Positions 39,331-53,889 are shown, counted from the stretch's first letter. The stretch is 64,000 bases of DNA from Paraspadella gotoi (GCA_051294375.1 CM119264.1:9606968-9670967); one strand, 5' to 3'. Program-made: numbers and translations. Notes: generated from the sequence alone by a model not told the origin.

Positions 39331-40630
39331 ATCTTTGGTTTAAGACTATCATCCTCTCACGCAACGTATTGGAGGCTTTGAACTATGAGTCAAATTCATC
39401 CCAAAAGACTGAAAAACATAAATAACGGGATGGAAACTCGATATTTTTTTCTTCGGGGTTGTTGTTGCGATATTCGTACGAGTCCTGAAAAAAATTTAAA
39501 TGCTATAAATTTTTTTTCTCAAATATTACATACATTTTCTATCTTTATTGTCGCAATCAAGTTGCAAACATTTCGAGATAAGCCAGGTTCGATCTCGGTA
39601 TCTTTTGATCCGAATTCAGTCCCTCAATCGACTTCGCCAAATCGCCGATGACTCTTTAAGCATTTTCTTTGGCGTCGTCGTCATCATGGTCGTCGACGTT
39701 GTCGTCTCTATCGTCGGAGCCTCGTCACGTATGTTTCTCATTTTTGGCGTCGCGTGATCTTTCGACTTAGAAGATCAAACGCAGAGAAAGAAAATAAAAC
39801 AAAAGACACTGAAAAAGCTTGTTTGTTAATCCGGCTTTTTCATCTTGACTTAAAAATGTAATTAAAAAAAGGAAAATTGTACCTTTTTTTTCCAAACGTC
39901 AAAGTTAAAAAGCTTAACTACTTTGCTATTTGTGAGGTGGAATGTACAGAAATTTCTTAGAAACATAATGATAAAGTGAATAAGTACCGAAGATGCTTTT
40001 AAATTATTGTCCCCTTTTTTTCACGTATTGCTCGTATTTTCAGTCAGTATTCTGCCGTTAGCGGCGGGATGACAAACTAAAAAAACTATACCACACAAAG
40101 ATATGATTGATTCCACACATAAATTCGCCTTTCGCTTTAGCGACTGCGTTACTCGTCTTCTCGTTAACCTTTGACCCCTCGTAAAAAGCTTTTGTCTCGC
40201 GGGAGTCTTTTGAAGAGAGGAGAGGAGGCAATGGAGGCAATGAAGGCATTGCAAAATGGGGAGAATGACAACGTTGTCCGAACTGGAATGGGATGAACTT
40301 TGTACTTTGCCAGTGAAGTCAGGGAAAAAACATTTGGCAAAATAATAATATTACGAAACCGGCATTCATAACGTATACCTCACAAATACCTGCCTAAAAA
40401 TAAACATAAAACAGTTTTTAAATATAACAAAGTTACGGTGTCAACCGCTTTTTTTTTGTCTTGATTTTTGTAATATTCAAAAGCCATAAGCTCGTAAAAC
40501 AACATGCAAGAGACCAACAAGCCGACAAACAGACAAAAGGACAGACCGACAAAGAAAACCCCTGCCCTAAAAGTCAAAAAGCACAAAATTTAACTGACGA
40601 AGACTCCGCTCATTCTCTCCCTTTCTCCAG

Positions 40631-40798
40631 GTTCCCCAGAAAAACCGTCGGTTTGGATCAAATTATCGGGAGGCCTTTTCGAGCGATTCCTGTCCATCGG
40701 GGACACGCCCTTCGACCCTTCCATCGACCCTTCCAAGTTCAATTTCTGGCAGGAAGACAACTTCTACGTCATTCAAGTCAGAAACCTGGATTTCACAG
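40631..40798 (+). CDS. Ig-superfamily protein, exon B (V-type Ig1 core)
   Basis: CAG/GTGAG flanks, 168 nt, phase 1-1; (G)SPEKPSVWIKLSGGLFERFLSIGDTPFDPSIDPSKFNFWQEDNFYVIQVRNLDFT(D). Supplies the C-strand Trp and joins to AGLYKC in the next exon. Confidence 0.88.
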
Positions 40799-42851
40799 GT
40801 GAGAAGAGAGGCCGACGCGTGAGTGAAGGGGAGGGTGGGCTTGCTGCTGCTGGGAAATAAGGTGAAGGCCCGGCGAGTGTGGGATGAGAGAGTGAGTTTG
40901 ATGCGAGAAAGGGGAAGAAAAGGATAGGTTAAAATGGTGAAGGTCGTCGGGTTTTGTAAAAAGGTAAGGTGAGGTAAGTCGGAAGATAGGAGCGGAATGG
41001 AAAGGGCGAAGAAGAGAAAGAAGAGTATCGATGTGAGTTGAGCCGAGGTGAGGTTTGGTGAGGTTAGGCAAGGTGATGTGAGGTGAGGAGGGCGAGAATT
41101 TATTGTTTTGTGGCGACGGGAGGCGACGAGGGAAGGGCAGGCAATTAGCCCGCGGAAGGCCTAGAGAGAGAGAGACGAGAGACAGAGGAGAGAGGAGAAA
41201 GGAGAGAGAGGAGATCGGAGAGAGAGAGAGAGAGAGAGAGAGACGTTTACGAGGCGCCATTATTTCTACTGTGTTTACGCCCGGTTGACTCGCCAGATCG
41301 AAAAAATGGCCGCCACCGTTAAGCTCAACTTTTGCGCCTTCTAAACTATGTTGTGTTATTTTATTTCGTTAAAAACTTTCTTTCTAATTTACTTTAAAAA
41401 GATATGAACTATATTTGAAACCGCACTGTGTTTCTTTTTTGTTTTGTTTTGTCGATACTTCATACTCTCCTTTTTCCTAATTTGTGTGGTATCTGGTTTT
41501 TTTTTTTCTGTCTTCCTCTCCTAATTATTCCCCTATTCTTCTCATCTTTTTTTACCTACGCCTTCTTTTTCGACCACGAAGTGGATATTAAATCCAGGAG
41601 AGTTTATTACATCCGGGCTCTCGACTTCCGGGACTAGGGTCCGAAAAACACCGAATTTCTCGGAAATCGAGTTTGGCGTAAATCTTAGGATTAAGGAAAG
41701 AAAGACCAAGAGTTTTGGATAAAAATGGGGAAGTGAGATAGTCTTTCGCGAAACTTGGCGATTTTGAGACAACTGTGGGATATTGAGAGAAAAACAATCG
41801 GGAAATCAATTGAGAGAAAACAACTGTGAGATATAGAGAGGAAAACAATCGGGAAAACAATTGGGAACCTAAATGGTCTAATATATGAAATACAGAGAGC
41901 TACTAAACTGAAATTTATTTCTGTTAAACGGACGACAACAACGACAACAATGGATGGGCTAACATCCCGTTCGATGTTTACCGAACCGTGAGCGGAGGCG
42001 TGAATAAAATGTGAGATTTTTTTTCGCCGTTCTCTAAATTATCGTGACGAGCGCTCGGAGGCCTCTCATCCTCGCCATCATTTTGTGAACCTTTGATCCC
42101 ACGATTTTTTTTCACGTCTTCCTGATCTTCTCTTGATCCTCTGCCCAAGTTATCTACTACAATACCTTTTGGTTGACGAGAAAAACTCCTCTTTTGTTCA
42201 TAAGTAATAATAAATAATAATATCTTTAAAAAAAAAACAATTCATTGGTTATTGTCGTCTTAAATATTTATCAAATGTCTTTCGGTTCCTTTAACCCTTT
42301 AACCTTCCTATTAGATAGTAGTTAAAACTCCGTTAAAGAAGTGAATTTCCCTTTCAGCTCACTAAGTATATTGTCAAACTTTGTAATGCGGCGGTTAACG
42401 AACGAGGGAACGCATTCACCACTCGGCCTCCACCACAGAACAACGTGAAATGACGTTCCGTCGCCTATTCCCCCCCCCCCCAAGGTGACATGGACCGTCT
42501 TTTTGGGAAAACAACTTCAAAACAAAAGCAAAGATGAAAAGAAAACAAACGGAACGAAAAGAAACTAATAATCATAGCGTCGAAGATGACGACGACGTTG
42601 ACAACTAGGACGGCAATGACAAAGACTATACGACTTTTCCTTTAGTCGAACCATCATTGATACAATTTTACGAATTACGAATCAAGCTCCTCGTTAAATG
42701 GAATCAATTTCTTCTTTTTTTCCCGATTTTTTAGATTAATTGAAATCTAGTAACTTTTCCCTTTTTGCAAAAATGTAAGGACAAAGCTATAATATATAAT
42801 ATAAATATATAATATAAGTACGAAAACACAAAGGCATTTTACGTTTCGTCA

Positions 42852-42917
<66 letters not shown>

Positions 42918-43936
42918 CTCTATCTCAGCTTCTAGGTTTTAAATTTTTTCAATAGCGCGCTTTGCGGTGAAGTTTCCTGTTCAATTTGTTCCTAATTATC
43001 ATGATGCCATTCGTCGTCGTCGTCGTCGTCATATTCTTCTTCTTCTTCTTTTACTTCGTCGACGTTATCGTCTTCCTTCGCTGAGGTCTTATTCGTCTTC
43101 ATTAAAACTTCGTTAAAGAATCAAATTTGGTTTTGTTTTTCATAATCAGAAACAAAACAAAAGATAAAATTCGCGTTTTCGTGAGTAAAATTCTCGGCGG
43201 CTTACTTCTTCCGACGACGACAACGAGTGAATAAATTGAGTGAATTAGCAAGTGAAATCGCTCTTTGAGAGAGAGAGAAAGAGAGAGAGAAAAATAGGGA
43301 GTGATTAATTAAAGAAAGTAATGAATGTATTGTTCTCTATTGGAGTGGCTCTGACAGTGGATAATTCATTCAAAGAAAACCTGTCGAGTACAGGGCGTTA
43401 CTCGGACACAGGGAATTCCAGATTACCTTGTATCTTTCGCAAAGTCCTTCGCCATTTTCCTTTTTTTTTTTGCTTTAAAGGAAAGGAATCTGCATATGCC
43501 CTAGCTTTCACAACATCTGCATAAGCGTTTGCTTTGCAGAACATCTGCTCACATCTGAATTTCTATTGCATTATTATGAATATTTGCTGACTCGTTGACC
43601 TTTTTCTTAGACCCGCGGACATCGCGAGAGCTTTTTCTTTTCTTTTAAAATCTCCTTTCTCGTCCAGTTATAGATATTTTCTTAATCTTTATCGACGCAT
43701 CATTGTTGTATTCGGTATTGTTGACTTTGTTAGTTTTCATCTTATCATTGGTACTACTGAACCGCTATGACCTGTCGAACTTGTCTTTCTTTTTCTTTCC
43801 CATTTTCTTTTCTTTCTAGGCTTGTTTGTTTAAATCTTTCTCTCTCTCTTTCTCTCTCTCTCTCCATCTCTCTCATCTCTCTTCTCTCTCTCTCTCTATC
43901 TCTCTCTCTCTCTCCTCTTTCTTTTTCTTTCTTTCT

Positions 43937-44027
<91 letters not shown>

Positions 44028-44406
44028 TCGCTCTTCCTACTTTTTCATAAATCTCCAAAAAAGCATCTCTCTTCTCTGCTTTGATAAAATCGTGAATATG
44101 CGCATAAAGCAATTCCCTTCCTTTTTTCATCATTTCTTTTTGAATCTTTACTATGGATACTCATTCTCCTTTCTTTACTTTTTTCTCTATAAAAAAAAAC
44201 GACGAATGGATTTTTTTTCCTGTCTTTCTCATTTTTCCCCTTTTTTATTTTTATATTTTCTTCCCTTATTTTTTTTTCCTTTTCTTTTTTTCTTCCCTTA
44301 TTCTTGCCGGTTCTTTAGATTTTCCTGCTCTAGGGCCTTTTTTCCTGTTTCTCCAGGGACCCTTGATCTTTCCCCAATTTGTGAAACGTGAGACACTCTC
44401 CTCTGC

Positions 44407-44502
<96 letters not shown>

Positions 44503-44788
44503 TCTCTTCCGTCTTTGTCAAATTATTTTCCTTTTACTACCTTCAGCCAGTTCCACATAAATAATAATAGAAAGACTGTTCGTTGTTAATTTCCCTTTTA
44601 ACTCATAATCGGAGCAAAACTGTCATTTCAAGATTTTTTTTTCCTACGACAAAGTCTTGAGCCGAGCTCCTATTAAATTTTTATCTCTTGTTTTTTCGAG
44701 CCTCATGACAAATAAATGGAATGAATATGACATATCAACGCGAGACACGTTTCGCTTTGCCAACAGAGGGAGAGAGAGAAAGAGAGTA

Positions 44789-44851
<63 letters not shown>

Positions 44852-45368
44852 GGAACAAAGAAGATCTGCAAGTCTATGTTTGATAATAGACCACATTTTA
44901 TTTGCAATTTTTTTTAAAAGCACTAATGTTACTTTAATATATACTTTAATACTTTTTACCAGTAATAGTAATTTGCCAAGATCTAAGACATCACTGCAAC
45001 CACTGCTCTTTGTAGAGTCTGCCACTGCTCGGAGATAAAAATAAAATGAATGAATAAGATGAAGTATTAAAAAAAAAGGAAAAAAATGAGGAGACAGTGT
45101 CACTGAGACCTTCGAGAAAGAGGAAAAGGAAGAGAAATAGAAAGAATGGAAGAATGCGTTGATGAGGAAGAGGAGCAGCAGCTTTGATTGGTCTCTCGTC
45201 AGTCTTTCTTTTTCTCACGCTCAGAAATCCCGCGCATTAAGGAAAAAGAATAATAAATTCAAAGGCGGAATTTTGCAAATTCTGCTATGGTAATGTTAAA
45301 AATAAATTATATGTACATAGTGAATTAGGATAGATAAACTACTCAAAAAATATCGGGTTATAGAGAGT

Positions 45369-45413
<45 letters not shown>

Positions 45414-45414
45414 A

Positions 45415-45446
<32 letters not shown>

Positions 45447-45467
45447 AAAAAAAGTTAAAGAAAGAAA

Positions 45468-45515
<48 letters not shown>

Positions 45516-45519
45516 ACGA

Positions 45520-45563
<44 letters not shown>

Positions 45564-45625
45564 GAGAAAGAAAGAAAGAAAGTTAAAGAAAGAAAGAAAG
45601 TTAAAGAAAGAAAGTTAAAGAAAGT
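45369..45625. repeat. (AAAG)n microsatellite
   Basis: Directly visible. Confidence 0.95.
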
Positions 45626-46936
45626 TAGAGCAGAGGGATAAAGAAGGAGGAGAGAACTTGGAATTCCCGAACAAATAGATTTTCAATAACTAAGTCGGGC
45701 GCGTGGTTTACGTGAATAGGTCCAATTAATTTTTTTTTTTTTACTCTCTCTACAATTTTTTTTCTTCGTTATAAGACGGAATAAATTTGCTTAATAATAT
45801 CCTCATCCTTTATTAATGCGTAATTTCATGATATATATATTTTGATGCCCATTGGTCCAAAATGTTACTATATTCTCTCTTAATTACATAAGACTCTTAT
45901 GTAATTTTTTTTCAAGGGTAAAACGTTTTATTTTCCTTTTTTTCGTGTGAGCAGATGCTTTCCAACATTTCTGTCCTTTTCTTTCCGAATTCGCAAAAAT
46001 TCTTTTTCATTTGTGCTTGTACCCTATTCGAGAACTCCCTCATCCTTTCATCCTTTTTCTCCCCCCCCCCACCCTCACCGCCGCCATCCTTCTTTCCGCC
46101 CTAAATCCCATCGCCTCTCTCCCTTTCTCTCCCTTTTTTTTTCACGCAAACGCCTCCTATGTGATACCATCACGTGACACTTATTCACCATTTGCATAAT
46201 TTCTCTCATCAGCTTTTTTCTCTCTTCCTTTCATCCCGGAAATGACGCTTCACGTCTCCATATCCTTTTCAAGGGAGATATTTTTTTTTCCCTCCTCGAT
46301 CCTTGAAGTAACCGTCTCTTTAGCGGCGACGGGAAAGACAACAACGAAAACAACAAAAAACTGAAATTAATATAAATATAAAACGAGGGACTTTTAAACC
46401 GTTTATATGTCTAATAAAAAAAGTTGTTTTTTTTTTATCAGTAAAAGAAAATTCTTTAAACTGGGAATTTTTCCTCGACTAATGCGAGAAAGAGCACTTT
46501 CGGATTAATTTCCTTTTACAATTCCGACAAACTTCTAAACATATTGCTTTTATCGGCTCTTTCAAAGTGACTTATTTATGTGGTTGTTTCAAAAATCAAA
46601 CTACAATACCCCGTTGCAATATCGAGTTATAAAGTCCTTTTTCGTATGCTAATTAGTTCAATCTATGTATTCTCTTCTTTATCTATCAACATGAATGAAT
46701 TTGTTTAATTTCCTCCCGATAATTTTTATTTAAACTACTTTCACTTCATGTTTTTCTTCTTACTTTTTTCTCTCTTTACTCATTTCATCTTTATTCACTC
46801 TCTTTTTTCTCTTTTCCCTTTTCTTCGGAGTCCCTCTTTATTTTTCTACGATTCCCCGATTCTCTGCGGCATCTTTTGGCTCACGATGTCTTTCAGCAAA
46901 GATCCGCCTTCCATTCTCTTAAATCTCGCTCTCGGC

Positions 46937-46970
<34 letters not shown>

Positions 46971-46975
46971 TCTCT

Positions 46976-47023
<48 letters not shown>

Positions 47024-47182
47024 CTCTCCCTCTCTCTTTCTCTCCTCTTTTCTCTCTTTTTTCTTTCTCTCTCTCTCTCTCTCTTTCCGGTCACTTCGTT
47101 TTTTGCTTTCATCTCTCAATAAGCTTCTCAGTTATTTCTTAGGCATTTTAATCTCCGTTTGTCTTTCTCCCATCATCATTGC

Positions 47183-47263
<81 letters not shown>

Positions 47264-48704
47264 TCCTCTCCCTTTCCCTCTCCCTGCCATACTAGACCCT
47301 CCGAGAGATTCATTAAAACTCATTGTCACTTCTCACTCAAATCATATCAACAAACATGGACTCAAATCGGGCCAGAACAACCTGATTATCACGGTGGCTT
47401 TCTGTCACTCAACAGTTTCCCGACCCCATTTCCCTCCCCCGCTCCGCCCACTTTTCAACGCCATTTATCTCGCCTTTTTTCCTTTTCTTTCCTCCTTCTC
47501 TCTCTCTCCCTTTATTTCCTTTTTCACTATCTCCCACTTCATTCCACTCTTATCCACACGAGACAATTTTAAGTTACATTTACTTTTTAGTGTTTACACC
47601 AAATGCCCCAAAACCCCGAAGCACATTGGGAAATGGAAAATCAATAGTATTTTGTCTTTAAAAAATACGTTTTAACCTTCATGACTTATATCTCGATGGG
47701 GTTTTTTTTGTTTTGTTCTTCCAACCATACGATGCGTATATATATTTTTTCCTATGCTCAAGGCGTTTTGTTGTTTAAACTACAATTTTTATGATTTCCT
47801 TATTGATATTTTTTCCAGAGGGCTTTATTCCTTTTACTCAACCTCCAGAGATTCTTCGTCTCTCGCGCACTCTTCAGTTATTGCGTTTCCCTTTGCAGGC
47901 TTCCATTTTCGAGATGTTGGTATCTTAGCGCCGTTACACTTCATTTACAGTTCTTTCTTTCATCTTACTTTTTGCATTGTCTCTTTAAAACGACTTTTTC
48001 TCTCTTTTTCACTCTTTCTCACTTTTTCTCTGTCTCTCTTTCTCAATTTCTCTTTTTCTCTCTTTTTCATTCTTTCTTTTTTTTTCTCTTTCTCTCTTTC
48101 TCACTTTCTCTCTTTCTCTCTTTTTTACTTTCTCTCTTTCTCTCTTTCTCACTTTCTCTCTTTCTGTCTTTATCACTTTCTCTCTCTCTCTCGCTCTCTG
48201 TCTCTCTTCCCCTTTCTTTTTCTTTCCAACTTCTCGAACGATATTTCTGGGTCACTCGCACGAATGATCCTTTCCTCCGCTTTCCTCCGTTTTTGTTCTC
48301 TTCTTTTCGCCGAAAATAACGACGTCGACGTCTATGACGGCGAAAACAGTAGTATATATATTAATAGTATATATATAATAAAACAGTAGTATATATATTA
48401 ATAGTATATATTAGTAGTATATATATTAATAATAGTATTATGAGTAGACACGTGACAAAAAACAATAACAGCTACAACAACCCCTGAAACAACAGCAACA
48501 GTATCAGAGACTGCTGTTAAAAAGTTCAATGAAATGTAAAAAGGGCCATTATATTAAAAAAACCATGAAAAGGAAAGGCAAGAAGGATAGTATGAAAGAG
48601 AGAAAAAGAAAGATTGGTCAGCTGAAAGTTAAGAAATGGCGGAGTCAGCAATCGAGGTTTTTCGTGATGAAATGTCGAGAACAGGCGACTGAATGTGAAT
48701 GCAA

Positions 48705-48772
<68 letters not shown>

Positions 48773-48932
48773 ACGCTGGACTCTACAAATGCGGCAACGT
48801 GATCTCGGCCGAGGTCACGGTCGTCGGGTTTCCAACCTGCACTCCTAAGACTCTCACCCTGAAGGAAGGAGTCGAGACCCGCATCGCTTGTCAAGTCATG
48901 GTGCAAGGACCGCAGAAGATTCAGGTCTTTTG
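48773..48932 (+). CDS. Ig-superfamily protein, exon C (end of Ig1, start of Ig2)
   Basis: Acceptor follows a (CT)n tract, GTAAG donor; (D)AGLYKCGNVISAEVTVVGFPTCTPKTLTLKEGVETRIACQVMVQGPQKIQVF(W); D-x-G-x-Y-x-C motif. Confidence 0.9.
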
Positions 48933-49116
48933 GTAAGTTTAAGGGTGAAGCTCGGAGAAGACTCAAGTCTTTCGAAAGTCATCGGTCAAGGCCCATGAAA
49001 GATTCGTCTTTTGGTTCGGCGTCTCTTTGATCGAATAAAATTAGAGAAAAAAGAGAATTAGAAAAACTGAAAAAAACTCCTACCCAACCAACTCTCCCTT
49101 CCAAACTCTTCTCAAG

Positions 49117-49310
49117 GCACAAGACGGACGGCGACGCCGCTCCCGCCCCCAAATCCCGCGGTGCCAAAGTTTCCATCCAACACTCGATGACGCCGTCTTT
49201 CAGCGCCGGGCGACGCGGGGGCGATGGCGCCGGCGACAACAGACTCGGCCAGAGCTACAAATACGGAAACTACACGGTCAACGCCCTTCCCTTTAAGCCT
49301 TTCTACACTG
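49117..49310 (+). CDS. Ig-superfamily protein, exon D (Ig2 middle)
   Basis: Phase-2 acceptor completes the Trp codon; open 194 nt HKTDGDAAPAPKSRGAKVSIQHSMTPSFSAGRRGGDGAGDNRLGQSYKYGNYTVNALPFKPFYT(D); GTGAG donor. Confidence 0.82.
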
Positions 49311-49581
49311 GTGAGCCGAGACTGACGACTTGAGCCGAGGCCCTTTGACAATCGTCGTCGTCGTCGTCTTCGTCGTCGTTTTTTTTCGTATATCTTGTTT
49401 CAATTAATCGTTTTTGTCAATTAAGGAATTTAATTAAGAAGGATATTTTCCTTTTCTCTCTCTCTCTCTCACTCTGCTTTTCTCGCTTTCTATTTTTCTT
49501 TCCATGCTTCCTTCTTTCCTCTTTTTTCAAATCTTTTCTCCTTATTTGCTCCTTCTTTCCATCTCATGTTCATCCAATCAG

Positions 49582-49709
49582 ACAACGGCAAAATCCTCCA
49601 ATGCCGAATCGAAGCAACTAAATATTGGAACTCGTCTTACCTGCTTCCGTCCTGCGGATTTGGCAACATCGACGTCAAGTTCAAGCCTCACCTTCTCTGC
49701 GCCTCTGAG
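49582..49709 (+). CDS. Ig-superfamily protein, exon E (end of C2-like Ig2)
   Basis: (D)NGKILQCRIEATKYWNSSYLLPSCGFGNIDVKFKPHLLCASE; DNGxxLxC motif of CD80/nectin-like C2 domains and a V-x-F-x-P linker; CAG/GTAAG flanks. Confidence 0.88.
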
Positions 49710-49867
49710 GTAAGTCAGTTTGCCCCGACTCGTTATGAGGGACGGAAAAGAAGAAAAGAAGTCTGAATAGAGTCAGATGCTATGGGAAAAGGTCACTGGA
49801 GCGGAGGGCCTAGAGGAAGAGGTGACATAAAATAACGAAAGAAATATTTTTGTTTCAAATTCTCTCA

Positions 49868-50090
49868 TTTTTTATTTCATTTTTTATTTTATTTTATTTT
49901 ATTTTATTTTATTTTATTTTATTTTATTTTATTTTATTTTCTTTTCTTTTCTTTTCTTTTCTTTTCTTTTCTTTTCTTTTCTTTTCTTTTCTTTTCTTTT
50001 CTTTTCTTTTCTTTTCTTTTCTTTTCTTTTCTTTTCTTTTCTTTTCTTTTCTTTTCTTTTCTTTTCTTTTCTTTTCTTTTCTTTTTTTTT
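49868..50090. repeat. Compound (TTTTA)n-(TTTTC)n microsatellite
   Basis: Directly visible. Confidence 0.95.
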
Positions 50091-50414
50091 TCATTTTTGG
50101 GGAGAGAATAAAGCGAGTTAGCGACAACCTCGCGAAAACAAAAACCAAAATGAAACAAAAATAAAAATAAAAAAAAAACCTACATAAGTCATGACTAAAT
50201 GTTTTTCCTTCCGGCTTTTGTTTTACGGAGACGACGATAGATGGCGCTAACCTAAAATAAAAGAAGACGGGAAAGGGAACAATTAAAAAAAAAGAAACGA
50301 GGGAACAAAAAAAAGAAACAGAAACTAATTTAAGCAATAAAAATCTTTTCTTTGTGCTTAATTTCCTCAACTCCTCTCTGAAAAGTCTCGATTTTTAAAG
50401 TGGAGACTGGGAAA

Positions 50415-50531
<117 letters not shown>

Positions 50532-50589
50532 GAGAGAGAGTGAGAGAGAAAATGGTTTCATTTTTTTATTCTTTTTCTTTGCTTTTTAG

Positions 50590-50696
50590 GTTTCAGCTTA
50601 TGAAGAGGAGGAAGTTTATAACATTTCCTGCACCATTAAATCCAATCCCTTGGTTTCCCCTAACAACATCGTTCTGCAAATTCTTCATAACCAAGG
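50590..50696 (+). CDS. Ig-superfamily protein, exon F (start of Ig3)
   Basis: TAG acceptor in phase 0; VSAYEEEEVYNISCTIKSNPLVSPNNIVLQILHNQ(G); C-x-x-x-S-N-P motif; GTGAG donor. Confidence 0.82.
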
Positions 50697-50820
50697 GTGA
50701 GATTAAAGCAGTTGTTAACGCTTTTTATGACGGAAAACCGGCGGTGTTGCGCTTGCTGATGGACGAGAGAGAGAGAGAGAAGAGAGAGAGGAGAGTAGAG
50801 AGAGATGAGAGAGAGAGAAG

Positions 50821-50859
<39 letters not shown>

Positions 50860-51049
50860 TATTGGTATAATGGTAATGTTCACAGGAAGGAGAGACTAAA
50901 TGGAAATGGTTGTGGATGATAATTTATGTTATTTTTATTTTTTTCGAATTATGCTTCAAAACATAATGAATCACACATAGCATAGTATTGTATTTTAAAC
51001 CCCATTTGAAAATTTATTCTTGTTAAGAATGCGTTTTTTGTCACCCTAG

Positions 51050-51095
51050 AGTCTTTTTTATCCCATCCTACTTTGGTCAAACGTCTTCACGTCCG
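51050..51095 (+). CDS. Ig-superfamily protein, probable small exon G
   Basis: TAG acceptor matches phase 2; (G)VFFIPSYFGQTSSRP; GTGAG donor. Confidence 0.6.
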
Positions 51096-51417
51096 GTGAG
51101 GGAGTCGTTGTCTGTGATTAACGGATCGAGATCTGCCGAGTCGTTTGTTTTTCACGGGGCGTGAAAACCCTCCTTCGAGACGATCACAATAGCTGCGGAG
51201 ACGATGACGAGAACGATCGAAAGGACGACGACGACGACAGGGCAATGCTGATTCAGGAACGAGGTCCGATGCTAAATGGTCCGGACAAGATGGATACCGT
51301 CAACCCCCGCCGCTGTTGACCATAAGAGAGTCTCACCCTATTTATTCCAAATTTAATAATATACCCAAAGCTGTAGAGTCGAAACTCATTCTAAATCCGT
51401 TTCAATTCTTCCCGAAG

Positions 51418-51569
51418 GCTCGAAATAACCCAAATTTAAACCCGCGTCCAAATTATTCGGTCACCTTAGCGCTACGTCTGAATGAAAGAGCGGCAAAATT
51501 GCACGATCGTTTCAGTCAACCTGTTAAAAATGGTGGTTGCAAGATTGCGCCCACGGCACCACAGGACTC
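51418..51569 (+). CDS. Ig-superfamily protein, possible exon H (3' boundary uncertain)
   Basis: AAG acceptor in phase 0; ARNNPNLNPRPNYSVTLALRLNERAAKLHDRFSQPVKNGGCKIAPTAPQD. YSVTLAL resembles an Ig beta-strand; the donor is uncertain. Confidence 0.4.
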
Positions 51570-52004
51570 GTAATATGCTATTTTATTCGAATTCAACAAG
51601 GTTGATTCAGTACAGTCATCATCAACAAACATAGACTAAGTCTGAGCAAACGAAAACATAATAAAATAGAGGGAAAAAAAACAAAACAAAAAACGTAATG
51701 AAAACGTAATGAAAACACGTTTAAAATTCTTATCTTGGTATGACGCTCAATACTCATCTCCTCCATTTCAAGGGCGATCTCTCAAAGAAACGTGTGAAAT
51801 TTGTATGAAATAAAATCATAGTTAAATTAAATCTTCCAGAATAATTACTTAGTTTTATACTGACCTCTTTATCCTTTGCAGACGCCCCTTCAATTTTCTT
51901 TCTGGAAAACTGGCCTCGATCCAGAAATCCTCTTCCTCTTCCCATCTACTTTTGTCGCCTTAAACCCTCAGAAACGTCACACCCTTGACCGCGAGGCGTT
52001 AGCT

Positions 52005-52053
<49 letters not shown>

Positions 52054-52059
52054 CATATC

Positions 52060-52101
<42 letters not shown>

Positions 52102-53535
52102 TCATCCTTTGATCCTCCCCGTTCTGTTTTCCTGACAACATCACTCTGTTTTGTCACCTCGTCCGACTTTTAAGACCATCACCCAGTAATTCCCGTTAAC
52201 AAATTCCGCGCTCAAAGTCACGGCTTTCCGCGGAGTCGTGGCTAGCGCCTGCTGACTTCGTTCGTCTCTCTCGCGCGGGCAGATGGCAAATGGCAGTTGG
52301 CAAATTGCGAATGGCAAAACGTCAATCTCTCGCCCTTCAATCATCTACCTCGTCTCGTTCCTACTCATCAAAAAACATCATCGCCTTCACTTCACGCATA
52401 ACCCGACGGACCGAATTACATCTCTTTCGGTCGACTCTTTGTTCTTATCTTTCTTTCGGTTTTTAAAAACTATTTCTTTTACATACGATGCCAAGCCTTA
52501 ACTCATCATAGAAGCACTACGCCGGAACCAACGAAATTCACATCGCTCACCATGATATTACTTTTTTTTCATTTCTTCGATTCAAAATATTTTGTATACA
52601 AACAAAACTGTCTCAGCGATTTCTCTACTATTTCGTCTTTCTCAAATATTTCCATAAACTTTCCTTCCGATGCAGCTGCCCCGTCGTAAGCTCCTTCTTC
52701 GTAATTCACCTTCCCCAACCCAATCCTCCAATCTTTTCCGAATACACCTGCCCCAACTTTTGCACTAATCTTTTTTCAGATCCCCAGGCGTCACTCGACG
52801 CTTTGCCAATAAACGGCTGTCGTCCTTTGATGAAACCGAGAGAAAACTTGATCCTTTTGCTCTCGCCAAATCTCCGTTACATTTACATTCGTCGTTGTGA
52901 GGCGGTGTGAATATACCGGCCCCTTTAATTTGGTTATCTACTTCATAATATAAATATTGGATTTTACCAAATTTACGCGATTTATTCTCATTCATGCTTA
53001 GAATTCTCTTTGATTTTCAGCAATGTGAGCAGAGTGAGCCAATAACAAATTTTCAAAGTTCCAAATTATTTTCAAAGCAGACGTTGCTCGTGGAAACAGC
53101 GATGTCTCGTCCTGAGTTTCATGCCAAGTCTCGAAATGGAAAAAAGTCTTGTTTGCGCCAGTAAACGTTTTACGGATACATCGGAGCTTACCTTGCTTTT
53201 ACTCATCCTCCCTACCTTTGCCCCACCTCCTCCGTTTGACTGCGACACCCATTTCCCAAATACACCTCTTTTTACCTCGCCAAGTCTCTACCCCTTTACG
53301 GCGTCACCCATCCTTCTCTCTCAAGGCAAGCGACGCTTCCGGTTCGACGGGTGACGCGTCCGGCGGCGGCGTCTCCGGCCGGAGAAGCGACTCGCGCCGC
53401 CGACGTAATGATTCGAGGATGAAAATGAGGGAATTAGTCGAAGGGGAGACGAAAAGGGAGAATGTTTGCTGCACGAGCTTTTTCTCCCTGGCGGCGGGAA
53501 TCATGAAGGAGGAAGAGGAGGGAGCGGCAAAGGAG

Positions 53536-53538
53536 AAA

Positions 53539-53597
<59 letters not shown>

Positions 53598-53642
53598 ATC
53601 AATAAATCAATAAATCAATAAATCAATAAATCAATAAATCAA

Positions 53643-53689
<47 letters not shown>

Positions 53690-53726
53690 ATGAATGAATG
53701 AATGAATGAATGAATGAATGAATGAA
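53536..53726. repeat. Compound (AAAT)n-(AAATCAAT)n-(AAAT)n-(GAAT)n microsatellite
   Basis: Directly visible. Confidence 0.95.
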
Positions 53727-53889
53727 ATGCCACCCGTGACATAGACGGTGATGATGATGTTGCTGACGACGTCGCTCGCGATCATGATGTTGACGTTGAT
53801 GGTGAAGTTGACAGCGATGAAGAGGACGACGATTATGGTAGCGATAACGACGTCGCGTTCATCGACGCTAACAACTTGGCTTTTCTTAC

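Noticed and set aside
47296-47393. Possible alternative (Dscam-like) Ig exon PPRDSLKLIV...GQNNLIIT in the 8 kb intron
   Set aside because: No phase-compatible strong donor and no similarity to exon 40631-40798; no exon array is visible.
34411-48440. Small local direct repeats (34411-34510, 41767-41864, 48344-48440)
   Set aside because: Two or three degenerate copies consistent with ordinary slippage; no associated element.
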